A stretch of DNA of 64,000 nt from Candidatus Omnitrophota bacterium (GTDB lineage Bacteria; Omnitrophota; Gorgyraeia; Gygaellales; JBFMHM01): NCBI GenBank assembly GCA_040753015.1, contig JBFMHM010000002.1:102111-166110 (forward strand). The letters run 5' to 3'. Made by a program: the position numbers and the translations under genes. Positions 1-9,434 of this stretch are shown here, piece by piece; within the stretch, counting starts at the first letter, position 1, and every line of letters begins with the position of its first letter. The notes under the pieces were generated by a model. It was not told the origin of the DNA, did no database searches, and saw only the letters and a list, made by a program, of their open reading frames with translations.

Positions 1-87
1 AAAATTATAACGTTCAAACTTACGCCGCTCTAAGCCACGCCAAACTTTTTTATCTAAGCTAACTTTTGCGATTTGTTTGGAATCCAT
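1..87 (-). CDS. 5' end of a gene that extends beyond the window start (N-terminus MDSKQIAKVSLDKKVWRGLERRKFERYNF); function unknown
   Basis: An ATG at 85-87 on the minus strand lies 4 nt downstream of the stop of the PP2C gene, and the frame stays open to position 1. It is the same orientation and tightly packed with the gene above, so it is probably the next operon member. Confidence 0.3.
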   Translation of the reverse strand, partial: MDSKQIAKVSLDKKVWRGLERRKFERYNF

Positions 88-91
88 ACTC

Positions 92-1993
92 TTATATACA
101 TTTAATAACAATTATTGTTAAATCATCGTGCTGAGTTGCACCATATGAAAACTTTGCAATCCCATCATTTATCCTACTAACCAATTCACTGGCTTTTAAA
201 TGCTTCGATTCAATAACATCATTAATAAGTTTTTGCTTACCAAAATCTTCTGTTTTAATTGATTTTGCCTCTATTACTCCATCAGTATATAAAACAATAA
301 TGTCATCTTTTTCTAACGGAAATTCTACTTGGGAAAATTGAGCCTCTTCTAATATACCCAGCGGAGGCCCAAAATCAAAATTTAATTCTATTGATTTTCC
401 TGCCCTTATTACGATAGGTGAAAAATGGCCTGCATTTGCAGCAATTATCTTCTTGTTTGCTATATCCAAAACTAAATAATTCATTGTAACAAAAATACTT
501 TCCCTTGACTCAATAGAAAGTTTATTATTAAGTTTTAATAATACGTCTTTGGGTAGATCGTTGGATTTTGCAAAATATCGGAAATCCGAAATGGTCTTAG
601 CCATAAAAAGCGCGGCCGGAACACCCTTTCCGGAAACATCTGCTATCATTACACCGATATTTTGATTACCAAGCTGAACAAAATCGTATAAATCCCCTCC
701 AATTTTTCTAGCAGGAACCATCAAACCGGCAATCTCAAAACACTCTGACCGAGGAAATCCTTTTGGTAAAAAACTCTCTTGAATCTTCTTAGCAACTATC
801 AGCTCTTTTTCAACAAGCTCATTTTTCCTTTTTTCATTTAAATATTTGAATAAATTAATTGATAAATAAATAATAAATAAAATTAAAATCGGATAGAATA
901 AATCAATCCATATTCCAAAATAATAAAAAGACACACAGCTTAATATAAATAAAATTACAATAATAAAAATAGTTAGGATTGAACCGTCTAAAAATTTAAA
1001 CTTTCTGTTTACAAAAATTGTCAGCAACGAAAAAAATAATAATAAAATAATATTTACAAAATGTGATGCGCGCATAATTGGACTACCCTGAACAATCATG
1101 TTAAAAATACTCGCATTAGATCCAACCATAGGATATGTGTTCTCAATAGGAATCGGATTTAAATCACATGTGGCAGTTGCTGTTAAACCAATAAAACAAA
1201 CTTTACCATTTAAATCATCTAAATTAATACGCGGAGTTTCTCCAAAAAGCGCTTGTTTATAACTCACTAAAATATCGTAATATGAATAATGCTTAAAAAC
1301 CTTATGCCATTTTCCAGGATAATTAATTAAACAACGAGCCTTATTATCTAAGGGTATCTTAGTAAAACTACCAATTTTAATAAATCTATCCGGAATAAAT
1401 TGTATGTTTCTTTGGTCTATCTTTAAATAATCAACAGCTGCTATCAAACTAATATGCGAAAATAAATTACTGCCATATTTAATAAATAAAGGTGCCCAAC
1501 GGTATTTGCCGTCTATATCCGGCATAGTACTTATAAAGCCTTGTGCCTTGCTTGCATCCTTTATTTTTTCTGCTATCTCAAGATCGGCTTTTTTTGCATC
1601 AAGAATATGTTTTGATTTACTATCAATACTAAGTACAAATGGCAAATAAACATTCCCTGATTCCTTAATTGCAAGGGCTAAATCATCATCTTGGTTAGTA
1701 GGATCGGAAAAAACAATATCAAAAATAATTTGTCTTACACCATATTCTTTTAGTATCCGGATTAATGTAGCATGGAAATCGCGCGGAATTGGCCAAGAAC
1801 CTAGTTCTTTCAGTGTATCATCAGAAACTTCTATTATTACAATATCCTTATTCCAATTTTGGGTAGGCCTTAATTTATAACGAAAATCAAAAGTAGGAAG
1901 CTCGAGAATATCAAAAACTCTTAAATAAGAAAATAAAATAAGTATAAAAAGTATCAAACAAGCTAAAAATAATTTTCTTATTTTAGAATTCAT
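92..1993 (-). CDS. CHASE2 sensor domain / multi-TM / PP2C (SpoIIE-RsbU type) serine phosphatase
   Basis: An N-terminal signal/TM segment is followed by a periplasmic domain of about 300 aa (CHASE2-like) and then a cluster of 4-5 hydrophobic helices. The C-terminal ~230 aa carry PP2C/SpoIIE hallmarks (MIADVSGKGVPAALFM ... LYTDGVIEA ... ATQHDDLTIIVIKCI). Confidence 0.8.
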   Translation of the reverse strand: MNSKIRKLFLACLILFILILFSYLRVFDILELPTFDFRYKLRPTQNWNKDIVIIEVSDDTLKELGSWPIPRDFHATLIRILKEYGVRQIIFDIVFSDPTNQDDDLALAIKESGNVYLPFVLSIDSKSKHILDAKKADLEIAEKIKDASKAQGFISTMPDIDGKYRWAPLFIKYGSNLFSHISLIAAVDYLKIDQRNIQFIPDRFIKIGSFTKIPLDNKARCLINYPGKWHKVFKHYSYYDILVSYKQALFGETPRINLDDLNGKVCFIGLTATATCDLNPIPIENTYPMVGSNASIFNMIVQGSPIMRASHFVNIILLLFFSLLTIFVNRKFKFLDGSILTIFIIVILFILSCVSFYYFGIWIDLFYPILILFIIYLSINLFKYLNEKRKNELVEKELIVAKKIQESFLPKGFPRSECFEIAGLMVPARKIGGDLYDFVQLGNQNIGVMIADVSGKGVPAALFMAKTISDFRYFAKSNDLPKDVLLKLNNKLSIESRESIFVTMNYLVLDIANKKIIAANAGHFSPIVIRAGKSIELNFDFGPPLGILEEAQFSQVEFPLEKDDIIVLYTDGVIEAKSIKTEDFGKQKLINDVIESKHLKASELVSRINDGIAKFSYGATQHDDLTIIVIKCI

Positions 1994-1999
1994 GTTGAA

Positions 2000-3016
2000 T
2001 TAGAATGTATAATTCAAACCGACCGTCGTTAAGCTACCTGAGTATTTTTGGCTGGGAACATTTGACACATTTTCTCTATAAGAATAGTCTAATATAGAAG
2101 ATAAGTATTTTGTAAAGTTATAGCTCAAGGATGCGTTAAAGGTATACGTGTATTCTTTTTCCGGAGAAGGATTACCGTCAAGCCATCTGCGGTCTTTATA
2201 CTGGCGTTTTTGAAAGCCAAAACTTGTATATCCCAGCAGTTTTTCAGTAAAGTTATACCCTAAACTAAGAACACCTCTATTTGAATAAAAATCATAGTAA
2301 TCTAAATAAAGCTCATTAGATTTATTTACGTAGAATTGATAACTAACCTTCGCATATAATTTCTTGAAAAAAATCCCGATTTCGTAAGCTGGCTGACTGC
2401 GATAATCAAATCTCTTTTTATCTGAAAAATTATAGTCTGCGAGCCTTCTGTTACGTGCTGTATAGTTCTTTGTGAGAAACGTAAATTTAAACGCGTGATA
2501 TAAACCTTTATAAATGTCGTGCCTTAAGCTAAAACCTAAATCATTTTCAACATAAGAGCTGTTGTCATCTTTAGGAAAAGCCAAGTATTCTATCTGATAA
2601 AATTTCTGGAATGTAAAAATTTTAAATAACTTTCTTGTCCAATCCAGTTTTAGAATATTATCAAGGAGCGTATTTTTAGTATATTTATCGTAATTTATAA
2701 CAGTAAAATTATATAATGCACCAGCGCTTGTTTTTTTACTAAAACTATAACGATAGTCGGCATTTATAATCGCCTCTTGAAATAAATCACCTTTTCTCGA
2801 CGAATCTAAGTTAGCGTTATTATCAAACCCTTGCATGGCCGTAACAAAAGCCCGAAACTTACCCTTTACGTCCTTGATTTTTTCTGGCCGGCCTGCTGTT
2901 GGATATTGAATATATTTCTCCTCTTCTGCTCTTTGAGCAAAAGAAAAATCACCTATAAAAAAGATGCTTATTAAAACAAATATTAATAATTTTATTTTCA
3001 CTATATTTTCCTCCAA
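2000..3016 (-). CDS. putative outer-membrane beta-barrel protein (signal peptide, alternating amphipathic strands, C-terminal ...GLNYTF)
   Basis: The N-terminal signal peptide is MEENIVKIKLLIFVLISIFFIGDFSFAQ. The sequence is rich in Tyr/Asn/Thr in alternating patterns and ends in an aromatic residue, typical of OM barrels. It sits inside the Mla operon. Confidence 0.4.
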   Translation of the reverse strand: MEENIVKIKLLIFVLISIFFIGDFSFAQRAEEEKYIQYPTAGRPEKIKDVKGKFRAFVTAMQGFDNNANLDSSRKGDLFQEAIINADYRYSFSKKTSAGALYNFTVINYDKYTKNTLLDNILKLDWTRKLFKIFTFQKFYQIEYLAFPKDDNSSYVENDLGFSLRHDIYKGLYHAFKFTFLTKNYTARNRRLADYNFSDKKRFDYRSQPAYEIGIFFKKLYAKVSYQFYVNKSNELYLDYYDFYSNRGVLSLGYNFTEKLLGYTSFGFQKRQYKDRRWLDGNPSPEKEYTYTFNASLSYNFTKYLSSILDYSYRENVSNVPSQKYSGSLTTVGLNYTF

Positions 3017-3024
3017 ATTCTCAT

Positions 3025-3849
3025 TTACCAGCCTCTTCTTGCATCATTCTCATTGTCATTATCCATTCTTGATTCGGATCTTTGCTCTACAGCTTCAGAC
3101 CGCGATTCATGTATTGCTTCAAAACGGGCTTCGCGGCCATCCTCCATTATTTGGAATCTTTCTTCCGCATCTTCAAAATCTTCTTCTCCGCCGGATTGCT
3201 CATTTGGATTTAGAAATGTTCTTTTATGTTTCTCGATACCAGACTTTATTTTATTCCATTTATTTATTTGACCTTTACTTAATTTCTCAAGTGCCGATGG
3301 TGGGTTAAATTCATCTACGCTCGATTTAAAGCCAGCAGGAATATCGATTTGGCCTAAAATACTGCCATCTTTAGCTAAACCCGCGGCATATATCGTATGC
3401 TCATAACCTTCAATATCAGTTTTGCCGCCTTCTATAGCCATTGACCATCCTGTGCCACGAGCTCCTGCTACTGCTTGAGGCGTGCGCACTTCAAAAGTAG
3501 AGCCCTTATCTAAATTATCAATTATAGAAAACACTCTCCCCTTAACAATGCTCACCTTAACCGGATTAAAACTTTGAATGCTAAATATTGAATATTCATC
3601 TATTTTTACAATATTACCAATTTTCTCATCAAACGCGATTTCAACTGTACTCTTTTTATTTGTTTTTAATATATCTCCTGCATGAATTGAATCGCCAACT
3701 TTTCCTTTTCTGGAATCACCTGTATCCTTTGTCTGAATAATAACATCACCTTTTACATAAATTAATTTTGCGGAATCTATAGCAGCGAATAAAGGCATAG
3801 CAATAGAAAAAAGAAAAAAAATAGTTAAAACAATAGCTGTTTTTTTCAC
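3025..3849 (-). CDS. secreted FecR-domain protein with acidic C-terminal tail
   Basis: It has a signal peptide and a FecR-like core (GKVGDSIHAGDILKTNKKSTVEIAFDE ... FEVRTPQAVAGARGTGWSM). The C-terminal ~60 aa are Glu/Asp/Arg-rich and low in complexity. Confidence 0.45.
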   Translation of the reverse strand: MKKTAIVLTIFFLFSIAMPLFAAIDSAKLIYVKGDVIIQTKDTGDSRKGKVGDSIHAGDILKTNKKSTVEIAFDEKIGNIVKIDEYSIFSIQSFNPVKVSIVKGRVFSIIDNLDKGSTFEVRTPQAVAGARGTGWSMAIEGGKTDIEGYEHTIYAAGLAKDGSILGQIDIPAGFKSSVDEFNPPSALEKLSKGQINKWNKIKSGIEKHKRTFLNPNEQSGGEEDFEDAEERFQIMEDGREARFEAIHESRSEAVEQRSESRMDNDNENDARRGW

Positions 3850-3850
3850 G

Positions 3851-4474
3851 TTAATCCTCCTCTTTATTTTTTTTAGTATCTTTTGGTTTTTCTTTTGTTT
3901 TGTATAAAAGTTTCCACGGGTATGTTTTTATATCTTCGCTGAACTCTTTCATATTTTCACTTACAATTTTTAAATTCGCTATAGATGCATTTAAATCTTT
4001 TTTGTTTAAAACTAAAATATCATCTAAACTCTTAGAAATAGAATCTGCTCTTTTCATGAGCATATCCATATCAATAGGATTTTCGCTTAAAATAAAAGAT
4101 TTTTTATCAAGGAACGCGGCGCCATCTGATCCGCGGGAAATTTCAATATATTTTTCTCCCATAAGCCCCAAAATAGCAAGACGTGCAGTTGAATCAACTC
4201 TAGGTCTTGCCTGGCTATTCAACCATAAGGTAAGACGAATTTGTGTCCTATTATCATCGTATATTAAATTAATATCCCTCACCTCACCAACTTCAAAACC
4301 AGAAAGCCGGACTGGTGCATGCTTCATCAGGCCATCAACAGAATTAAAATATACATAAAATTCATTACCATCTTTTGCAAAACGATAAGCCCCTACCTTA
4401 ATTGTCAAAACGAATAAAACAATCAGAGTAATTATAATAAGCGCCCCTACCTTAATTGCATTCTTTATTTTCAT
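3851..4474 (-). CDS. mlaD: MlaD (Mce-domain periplasmic component of phospholipid ABC transporter)
   Basis: A single N-terminal TM anchor is followed by an Mce domain (YVYFNSVDGLMKHAPVRLSGFEVGEV). It is immediately downstream of mlaF/mlaE. Confidence 0.8.
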   Translation of the reverse strand: MKIKNAIKVGALIIITLIVLFVLTIKVGAYRFAKDGNEFYVYFNSVDGLMKHAPVRLSGFEVGEVRDINLIYDDNRTQIRLTLWLNSQARPRVDSTARLAILGLMGEKYIEISRGSDGAAFLDKKSFILSENPIDMDMLMKRADSISKSLDDILVLNKKDLNASIANLKIVSENMKEFSEDIKTYPWKLLYKTKEKPKDTKKNKEED

Positions 4475-4483
4475 AATAATCTC

Positions 4484-5287
4484 CTATACCAATAAATCTT
4501 TTAAATAATCATCGGAATTTTGAACAAAAGAAACCGGCCCTTCCGGTTCTCCTTTTATAAATTGCTGCACAAGCCCATCCTTAGAATTTCTTATTTCATC
4601 TGGCGAACCGTTAGCAATAACTTTTCCTTTATGCAGCATAATAATCCTATCGGCAATACTAAACACACTTCTCATATCATGAGTAACAACAACTGATGTT
4701 ATAACTAATTTTTCTGTTAAATCTCGGATTAATTTATCGATTACGGCTGACATTATCGGGTCTAACCCAGCTGTCGGCTCGTCATAAAAAACAACTTCGG
4801 GATCCATAGCAATTGCCCGCGCAAGCCCAACGCGTTTTTTCATACCGCCTGAAAGCTGAGAAGGCATAAGATTTTGGAATCCACTCAATCCCACAAGCTG
4901 TAATTTCATTTTTATTATAAGATCGATTATATGTGGGTCTAGCTTAGTATGCTCGAGTAGAGGAAGTGAAACATTACCTTTTACATCTAAAGAATCAAGA
5001 AGTGCTCCTGACTGAAAAAGAATTCCAAACCTCTTTCGTATCCCATCAAGCCCGTCTTCATCTAATTCATTTATATCTTTACCAAAAAAATTTACTTTCC
5101 CCTGATCTGGCTTCATTGCGCCAACTAAATGACGTAGTAAAGTCGACTTACCGCACCCAGAACCACCCATTACTACTAAAAGCTCTCCTCTATATACTTC
5201 TAAATCTACGCCGTTAAGAACAGCTCTTTTGCCAAAATATTTAACTAAATTTTCGGTTTTTATAATTATTTCTCTAACATTATTCAT
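4484..5287 (-). CDS. mlaF: MlaF, ABC transporter ATP-binding protein
   Basis: Walker A is GGSGCGKST, the ABC signature is LSGGMKKRVGLARA, and Walker B is VVFYDEPTAGLD. Confidence 0.85.
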   Translation of the reverse strand: MNNVREIIIKTENLVKYFGKRAVLNGVDLEVYRGELLVVMGGSGCGKSTLLRHLVGAMKPDQGKVNFFGKDINELDEDGLDGIRKRFGILFQSGALLDSLDVKGNVSLPLLEHTKLDPHIIDLIIKMKLQLVGLSGFQNLMPSQLSGGMKKRVGLARAIAMDPEVVFYDEPTAGLDPIMSAVIDKLIRDLTEKLVITSVVVTHDMRSVFSIADRIIMLHKGKVIANGSPDEIRNSKDGLVQQFIKGEPEGPVSFVQNSDDYLKDLLV

Positions 5288-5290
5288 AAA

Positions 5291-6088
5291 TTATATTTTT
5301 GCAAAATAAAAAATTCCTGTCAAGATACAATCTGCAAGAATTATTAAAATAAAGCTCGTAACAACACTAACCGTTGTTGCGCGGCCTACACCCTCTGCGC
5401 CACCTTCAGTAGTCAAGCCTTTATAGCATGCAACCAGAACAATCAATATAGAAAAAATAAATGATTTAAATATACCTGTATAGATATCTTTAAGTGTTAA
5501 AAATTTAATTGTTATATCAATATACAAATAAGGGTTAATATTCAAGTTTGTTATTCCTATCAAGAACCCGCCTATCATACCTATAATGTTGCCTAGCAAT
5601 GTAAGACAGGGAAGCATAATTATTAACGATAAAAAACGCGGAACAACTAAAAATCTTACTGGATTTATTGCCATAACTGACAATGCCTCTATTTGTTCAT
5701 TTACTTTCATCGATCCTATCTCAGCAGTAATAGCTGCGCCAATCCGCCCAGCGATAACAAGAGCGGTCAACACTGGCCCTAGCTCTCTAACAATAGAAAC
5801 ACCGACAAACGAAGAAATATACATTACCGCACCAAATTTAGCTAGCTGTGGCGCCCCCTGCATAGCCAAAACAATACCCGTAAAAAGCATAACAAAAAAT
5901 ACAATAATCAAAGATTGTATCCCCATAAAAACCATCTGATATAACACAGAATCCACAGGAATATTTTTTTTCTTAAACGGACCAATAAAAATCCAATATA
6001 ACGTCTGGCCAAATAATAATAATATCTGCCATAATTCAGAAATAATATTTAACGTGTAAATTCCTATATTTTCATAAAATTTATTCAT
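5291..6088 (-). CDS. mlaE: MlaE, ABC transporter permease
   Basis: It is a polytopic membrane protein with the conserved MlaE core (ALVIAGRIGAAITAEIGSMKVNEQIEAL). Confidence 0.85.
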   Translation of the reverse strand: MNKFYENIGIYTLNIISELWQILLLFGQTLYWIFIGPFKKKNIPVDSVLYQMVFMGIQSLIIVFFVMLFTGIVLAMQGAPQLAKFGAVMYISSFVGVSIVRELGPVLTALVIAGRIGAAITAEIGSMKVNEQIEALSVMAINPVRFLVVPRFLSLIIMLPCLTLLGNIIGMIGGFLIGITNLNINPYLYIDITIKFLTLKDIYTGIFKSFIFSILIVLVACYKGLTTEGGAEGVGRATTVSVVTSFILIILADCILTGIFYFAKI

Positions 6089-6091
6089 TAG

Positions 6092-6430
6092 TTAAAAATT
6101 TTGAAGCGCTTCTTCTTCACTAGAAAAAATATTAAATAACTTATCAAGCTTAGTAATCTCAAATAATGAGCTTACTTTTTCTGATAAATTAGATAACCGC
6201 ATTAATCCATTATTGCGCTTTACCCGCTGCAATATTTCGATTAAAGTTGCTAACCCAGAACTATCTATATACGAAACATTATTCAAATTCAGTAAAATTT
6301 TTTTACTATCTTCTCTTACTAGCTTCTCAAACTCTTTTCGCATATTAGGAGATGTATTAATATTAATCTCTCCTTTGACCGAACAAACAATCACATCGTT
6401 AGATTGTTTCTCTTTTATTTCAAGATTCAC
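6092..6430 (-). CDS. STAS-domain anti-sigma-factor antagonist (SpoIIAA/RsbV type), positioned where MlaB would be
   Basis: It is 112 aa with the canonical phosphorylatable motif (SYIDSSGLATLIEIL). Its start overlaps the stop of the kinase gene by 4 nt. Confidence 0.8.
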   Translation of the reverse strand: MNLEIKEKQSNDVIVCSVKGEININTSPNMRKEFEKLVREDSKKILLNLNNVSYIDSSGLATLIEILQRVKRNNGLMRLSNLSEKVSSLFEITKLDKLFNIFSSEEEALQNF

Positions 6431-6873
6431 TTAGGCCTCCTATTTAAAATGGCGTTGCTTTTAGACGGCTTTACGCCGATGAATTTCTCCATCGTAATCA
6501 TATTGCCTTTTTTGTTAAAACTCACTCGATCCATTAATTTTTTTATTAAAAAAACTCCTCTACCACTGGTCCTTTGTAAATTTTTGCCTAAAATTGGATT
6601 TGCAATTTTATTATAATTATAACCTTGCCCCTCATCCTTAATGCTTAAAATTATTAAATTATTATTTATTATTAAATTGCATTCAACTGTTAATTTTTTA
6701 TCAAATTTATTGCCATGTTTTATAGCATTAATTATGGCCTCTTCTAATGATAGCCTTATATCCTCTAAGGAATCCTTTGACAAATTTAATTCTTTTAACT
6801 GGCCTAATATTTCTCTGCTAACACAATTTATCTTTGATAAATCTGAAGATATTTTAAATATCATTGTTTCCAA
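6427..6873 (-). CDS. anti-sigma regulatory factor / GHKL serine-protein kinase (RsbW/SpoIIAB type)
   Basis: The HATPase_c N-box (EAIINAIKHGN) and G-boxes (IKDEGQGY ... SGRGVFLIKKLMD) are present. The protein is about 148 aa. Confidence 0.75.
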   Translation of the reverse strand: METMIFKISSDLSKINCVSREILGQLKELNLSKDSLEDIRLSLEEAIINAIKHGNKFDKKLTVECNLIINNNLIILSIKDEGQGYNYNKIANPILGKNLQRTSGRGVFLIKKLMDRVSFNKKGNMITMEKFIGVKPSKSNAILNRRPK

Positions 6874-7373
6874 AGACCCCTATTATTCTCGCGGGCTTGC
6901 TTTTGTAAATTCAAAAATAATTCTTGGTGTTTAACATTTGGCGGAATAGTCATTGTCTGCGCATAACCTTCTTCAATAATTTTTGCATTTATAAATGTAT
7001 TGTCCTCTAAATAAACATATGCCAAAAGTCTTCCGTATTTATCATAATGCTCAATATCAAATTCAATGCTCACCGCCTTACCTTCAACTAGACTTTTAGT
7101 AAATTGATAGGCAAGCCGGCCCTGGGCTTGAATTACCTTTATATCTTTTTTAGTCCGCTTTGCATCGCGATAAAGTTTATCACTTTCATGCATCTCTGGT
7201 GTATCAAGGCCAATTAGACGCACCTTCTGGCCATTATTAAGCAGTAAAGTATCTCCGTCTATAACCCTTTTAACTATAAATATTTTATGGATATGATTTT
7301 GACTACCTCTAGGACATTCTTGCGCAAAACAAATAACCGGAATTAATAAAAACAATATAAAAAGTTTTTTCAC
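6861..7373 (-). CDS. secreted thermonuclease (staphylococcal/micrococcal nuclease, SNase family); GTG start
   Basis: It has a signal peptide and the SNase catalytic motifs (VIDGDTLLL ... VRLIGLDTPE ... YGRLLAYVY). The start is a GTG inside the sequence AAGTGAAA, overlapping the TGA stop of the upstream small ORF. Confidence 0.8.
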   Translation of the reverse strand: MKKLFILFLLIPVICFAQECPRGSQNHIHKIFIVKRVIDGDTLLLNNGQKVRLIGLDTPEMHESDKLYRDAKRTKKDIKVIQAQGRLAYQFTKSLVEGKAVSIEFDIEHYDKYGRLLAYVYLEDNTFINAKIIEEGYAQTMTIPPNVKHQELFLNLQKQARENNRGLWKQ

Positions 7374-7537
7374 TTTGACTGCCCTGTATTATTAATACCT
7401 GCATCTTTGACTGGCTCTTCTTGTTTTTGCTCATCTTCACCGCTTCTCCAGCGCCCACCAGCCCATTGTTTTATTGAAGCGCAGCCATTTAAAAAAAATA
7501 TAAAAATAAATCCTATAAATAATATATTTTTAATCAT
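7370..7537 (-). CDS. small lipoprotein (56 aa; MIKNILFIGFIFIFFLNGC-ASIKQWAGGRWRSGEDEQKQEEPVKDAGINNTGQSK), not in the supplied ORF track
   Basis: I translated this by hand from the minus strand. It has a hydrophobic h-region ending in a lipobox (L-N-G-C). There is GGGGG about 6 nt upstream of the ATG. Its stop overlaps the GTG start of the nuclease gene (GTGA). Confidence 0.45.
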   Translation of the reverse strand: MIKNILFIGFIFIFFLNGCASIKQWAGGRWRSGEDEQKQEEPVKDAGINNTGQSK

Positions 7538-7596
7538 TTTAACCCCCGATATAAATATAATTTTACCAAAAAGATAAATAAATTTAAAGAATTATA

Positions 7597-8229
7597 TTAA
7601 CTATCCAGCATCCTCAAATCTTTTGTAAGTTCCGTCTCTAAAAATAAGTATCTTTTGGTAACCGGATGAACAAATTCTATAGACTTAGCGTGTAAAGCGA
7701 CACGCCTAAATTTAAGACTATAATCTTTCGCAAAAGCAAATTTTCGCTCACCAACCAAAGGATGCCCTATTTGTTTAAAATGTATCCTAATCTGATTAGT
7801 GCGCCCTGTAATAGGCCTAACTAAAACTTTAACATAATTAGAATAGTCTTTTAAAACTTGATATTTGGTAATCGCGCTCTTTAAAATATCGTGTTCGGGA
7901 ATTTTATTATCAATCAAACCTGACATTTTTTTTAATCTACCATGAACAAAGGCAATATAAGTTTTTTTTATTTTTCTTTCTAGAAATAACCGCATAATCG
8001 CTGCCTGAGTTGCCTTATCTTTTGCATAAATGATTATTCCAGAAGTATCTCTATCTAACCTATGAACAGGATAGGCATGCATATTAGGATTATTTTTCTC
8101 TAGATAAGTATTAACAATTGCTGTAAGCGTGTGTTTTTCTTTTTTTGGCGTGGGTACAACTAAAATCCCAGGAGGCTTATCAACTGCGATGAGCCAATCA
8201 TCTTCAAAGATTACTTTTGGCTCTATCAT
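7597..8229 (-). CDS. RluA-family RNA pseudouridine synthase
   Basis: The catalytic motif is HRLDRDTSGIIIYAK. Confidence 0.8.
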   Translation of the reverse strand: MIEPKVIFEDDWLIAVDKPPGILVVPTPKKEKHTLTAIVNTYLEKNNPNMHAYPVHRLDRDTSGIIIYAKDKATQAAIMRLFLERKIKKTYIAFVHGRLKKMSGLIDNKIPEHDILKSAITKYQVLKDYSNYVKVLVRPITGRTNQIRIHFKQIGHPLVGERKFAFAKDYSLKFRRVALHAKSIEFVHPVTKRYLFLETELTKDLRMLDS

Positions 8230-8233
8230 TATT

Positions 8234-9427
8234 TCAAACTTTTAATTTAATTTTTATAAATTTTTTCTTACCAATTTTAAAAAGATATTCTCTTGCATAT
8301 GATATTTTATAATCCAAACTCGTTACTGTTTCACTATTAATAGATACCGCACCCTGTGACAGAAGACGCCTAAATTCATTCTTTGAGGCAATGCCTAATG
8401 TTGAAATTAAATTTAATTCTAAAAGCTCATTTAAACTAAATTCTTTTTCAGATTCTACTTTAATTATTTTTTCTTCCATATTTTGAGGCAGTTCCTTTTT
8501 TTGAAAGATTTTTTCAAAACATTCTCTTGCTCTAATAGCTTCGGCCTCAAGATAATATTCAGAAACAATAAATTCCGCTAATTTCTTTTTTGCATCAAGC
8601 GGATGCATTTTTTTAACTTCATTGATATCAAAATTAGTAAGTGTTTCATAAAACTTAATCATGAGCTCATCGGATATCGACATAAGTTTTCCGAATATTT
8701 CCTGCGGCGGCTCATTTATTGAAACATAGTTACCTAGGGACTTACTCATTTTATTTACACCATCAAGGCCAACAAGAAGAGGAGTCATAATTACGACTTG
8801 CGGTTCTTGGCCAAAATCTTTTTGAAGTTCTCTGGCTAAGAGTAAATTAAATTTTTGATCTATCCCCCCAAGTTCAATATCTGCCCTAAGCTCTACCGAA
8901 TCATATGCCTGCAAAAGAGGATAGAAGAATTCTAAGAGAGAAATATCCCGCCCATTTTTATATCTATCACTAAAATCTGCCCGCGCAAGAAGTTGAGCTA
9001 TCGTGATATGTGAAGCCAAATCTAGAATCTTTTCGGATGGAAGATTAATCAACCATTTACTATTAAAAACGACTCTAGTTTTTTTTGGATTAAGAATTTT
9101 AAAGACTTGTTTTTTATAGGTTTGGGCGTTGGATAAAACCTCTTTCGCTGAAAGTCTTGGCCTCTGTTTGTCTTTACCTGAAGGATCTCCAATCCTAGCC
9201 GTAAAGTCCCCAATTAAAAAGTATACAATATGGCCAAGATCCTGAAAAAGACGAAGTTTCCTTAAAATAACTGAGTGACCCAAATGAATATCGGCAGCAG
9301 TAGGATCAAATCCAGCTTTAATTACAAGTGGACGATTTTTTTTTAATTTATTCTTAAGATCGTCATCCGAAATTATTTCGGATGTGCCGCGTCTTATTAA
9401 TTTTAGCTGTTCTTCAATTGACAGCAT
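8234..9427 (-). CDS. tyrS: tyrosyl-tRNA synthetase
   Basis: It has the class I HIGH-type motif (ADIHLGH), KMSKS and a C-terminal S4-like domain. Confidence 0.9.
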   Translation of the reverse strand: MLSIEEQLKLIRRGTSEIISDDDLKNKLKKNRPLVIKAGFDPTAADIHLGHSVILRKLRLFQDLGHIVYFLIGDFTARIGDPSGKDKQRPRLSAKEVLSNAQTYKKQVFKILNPKKTRVVFNSKWLINLPSEKILDLASHITIAQLLARADFSDRYKNGRDISLLEFFYPLLQAYDSVELRADIELGGIDQKFNLLLARELQKDFGQEPQVVIMTPLLVGLDGVNKMSKSLGNYVSINEPPQEIFGKLMSISDELMIKFYETLTNFDINEVKKMHPLDAKKKLAEFIVSEYYLEAEAIRARECFEKIFQKKELPQNMEEKIIKVESEKEFSLNELLELNLISTLGIASKNEFRRLLSQGAVSINSETVTSLDYKISYAREYLFKIGKKKFIKIKLKV

Positions 9428-9434
9428 TTTTTAA

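Noticed and set aside
6092-6430. Calling the STAS protein simply MlaB
   Set aside because: It has the SpoIIAA/RsbV-type DSSGL phospho-site and is translationally coupled to a GHKL kinase. A plain MlaB annotation would hide the partner-switch logic. I kept the MlaB-like role as a hypothesis.
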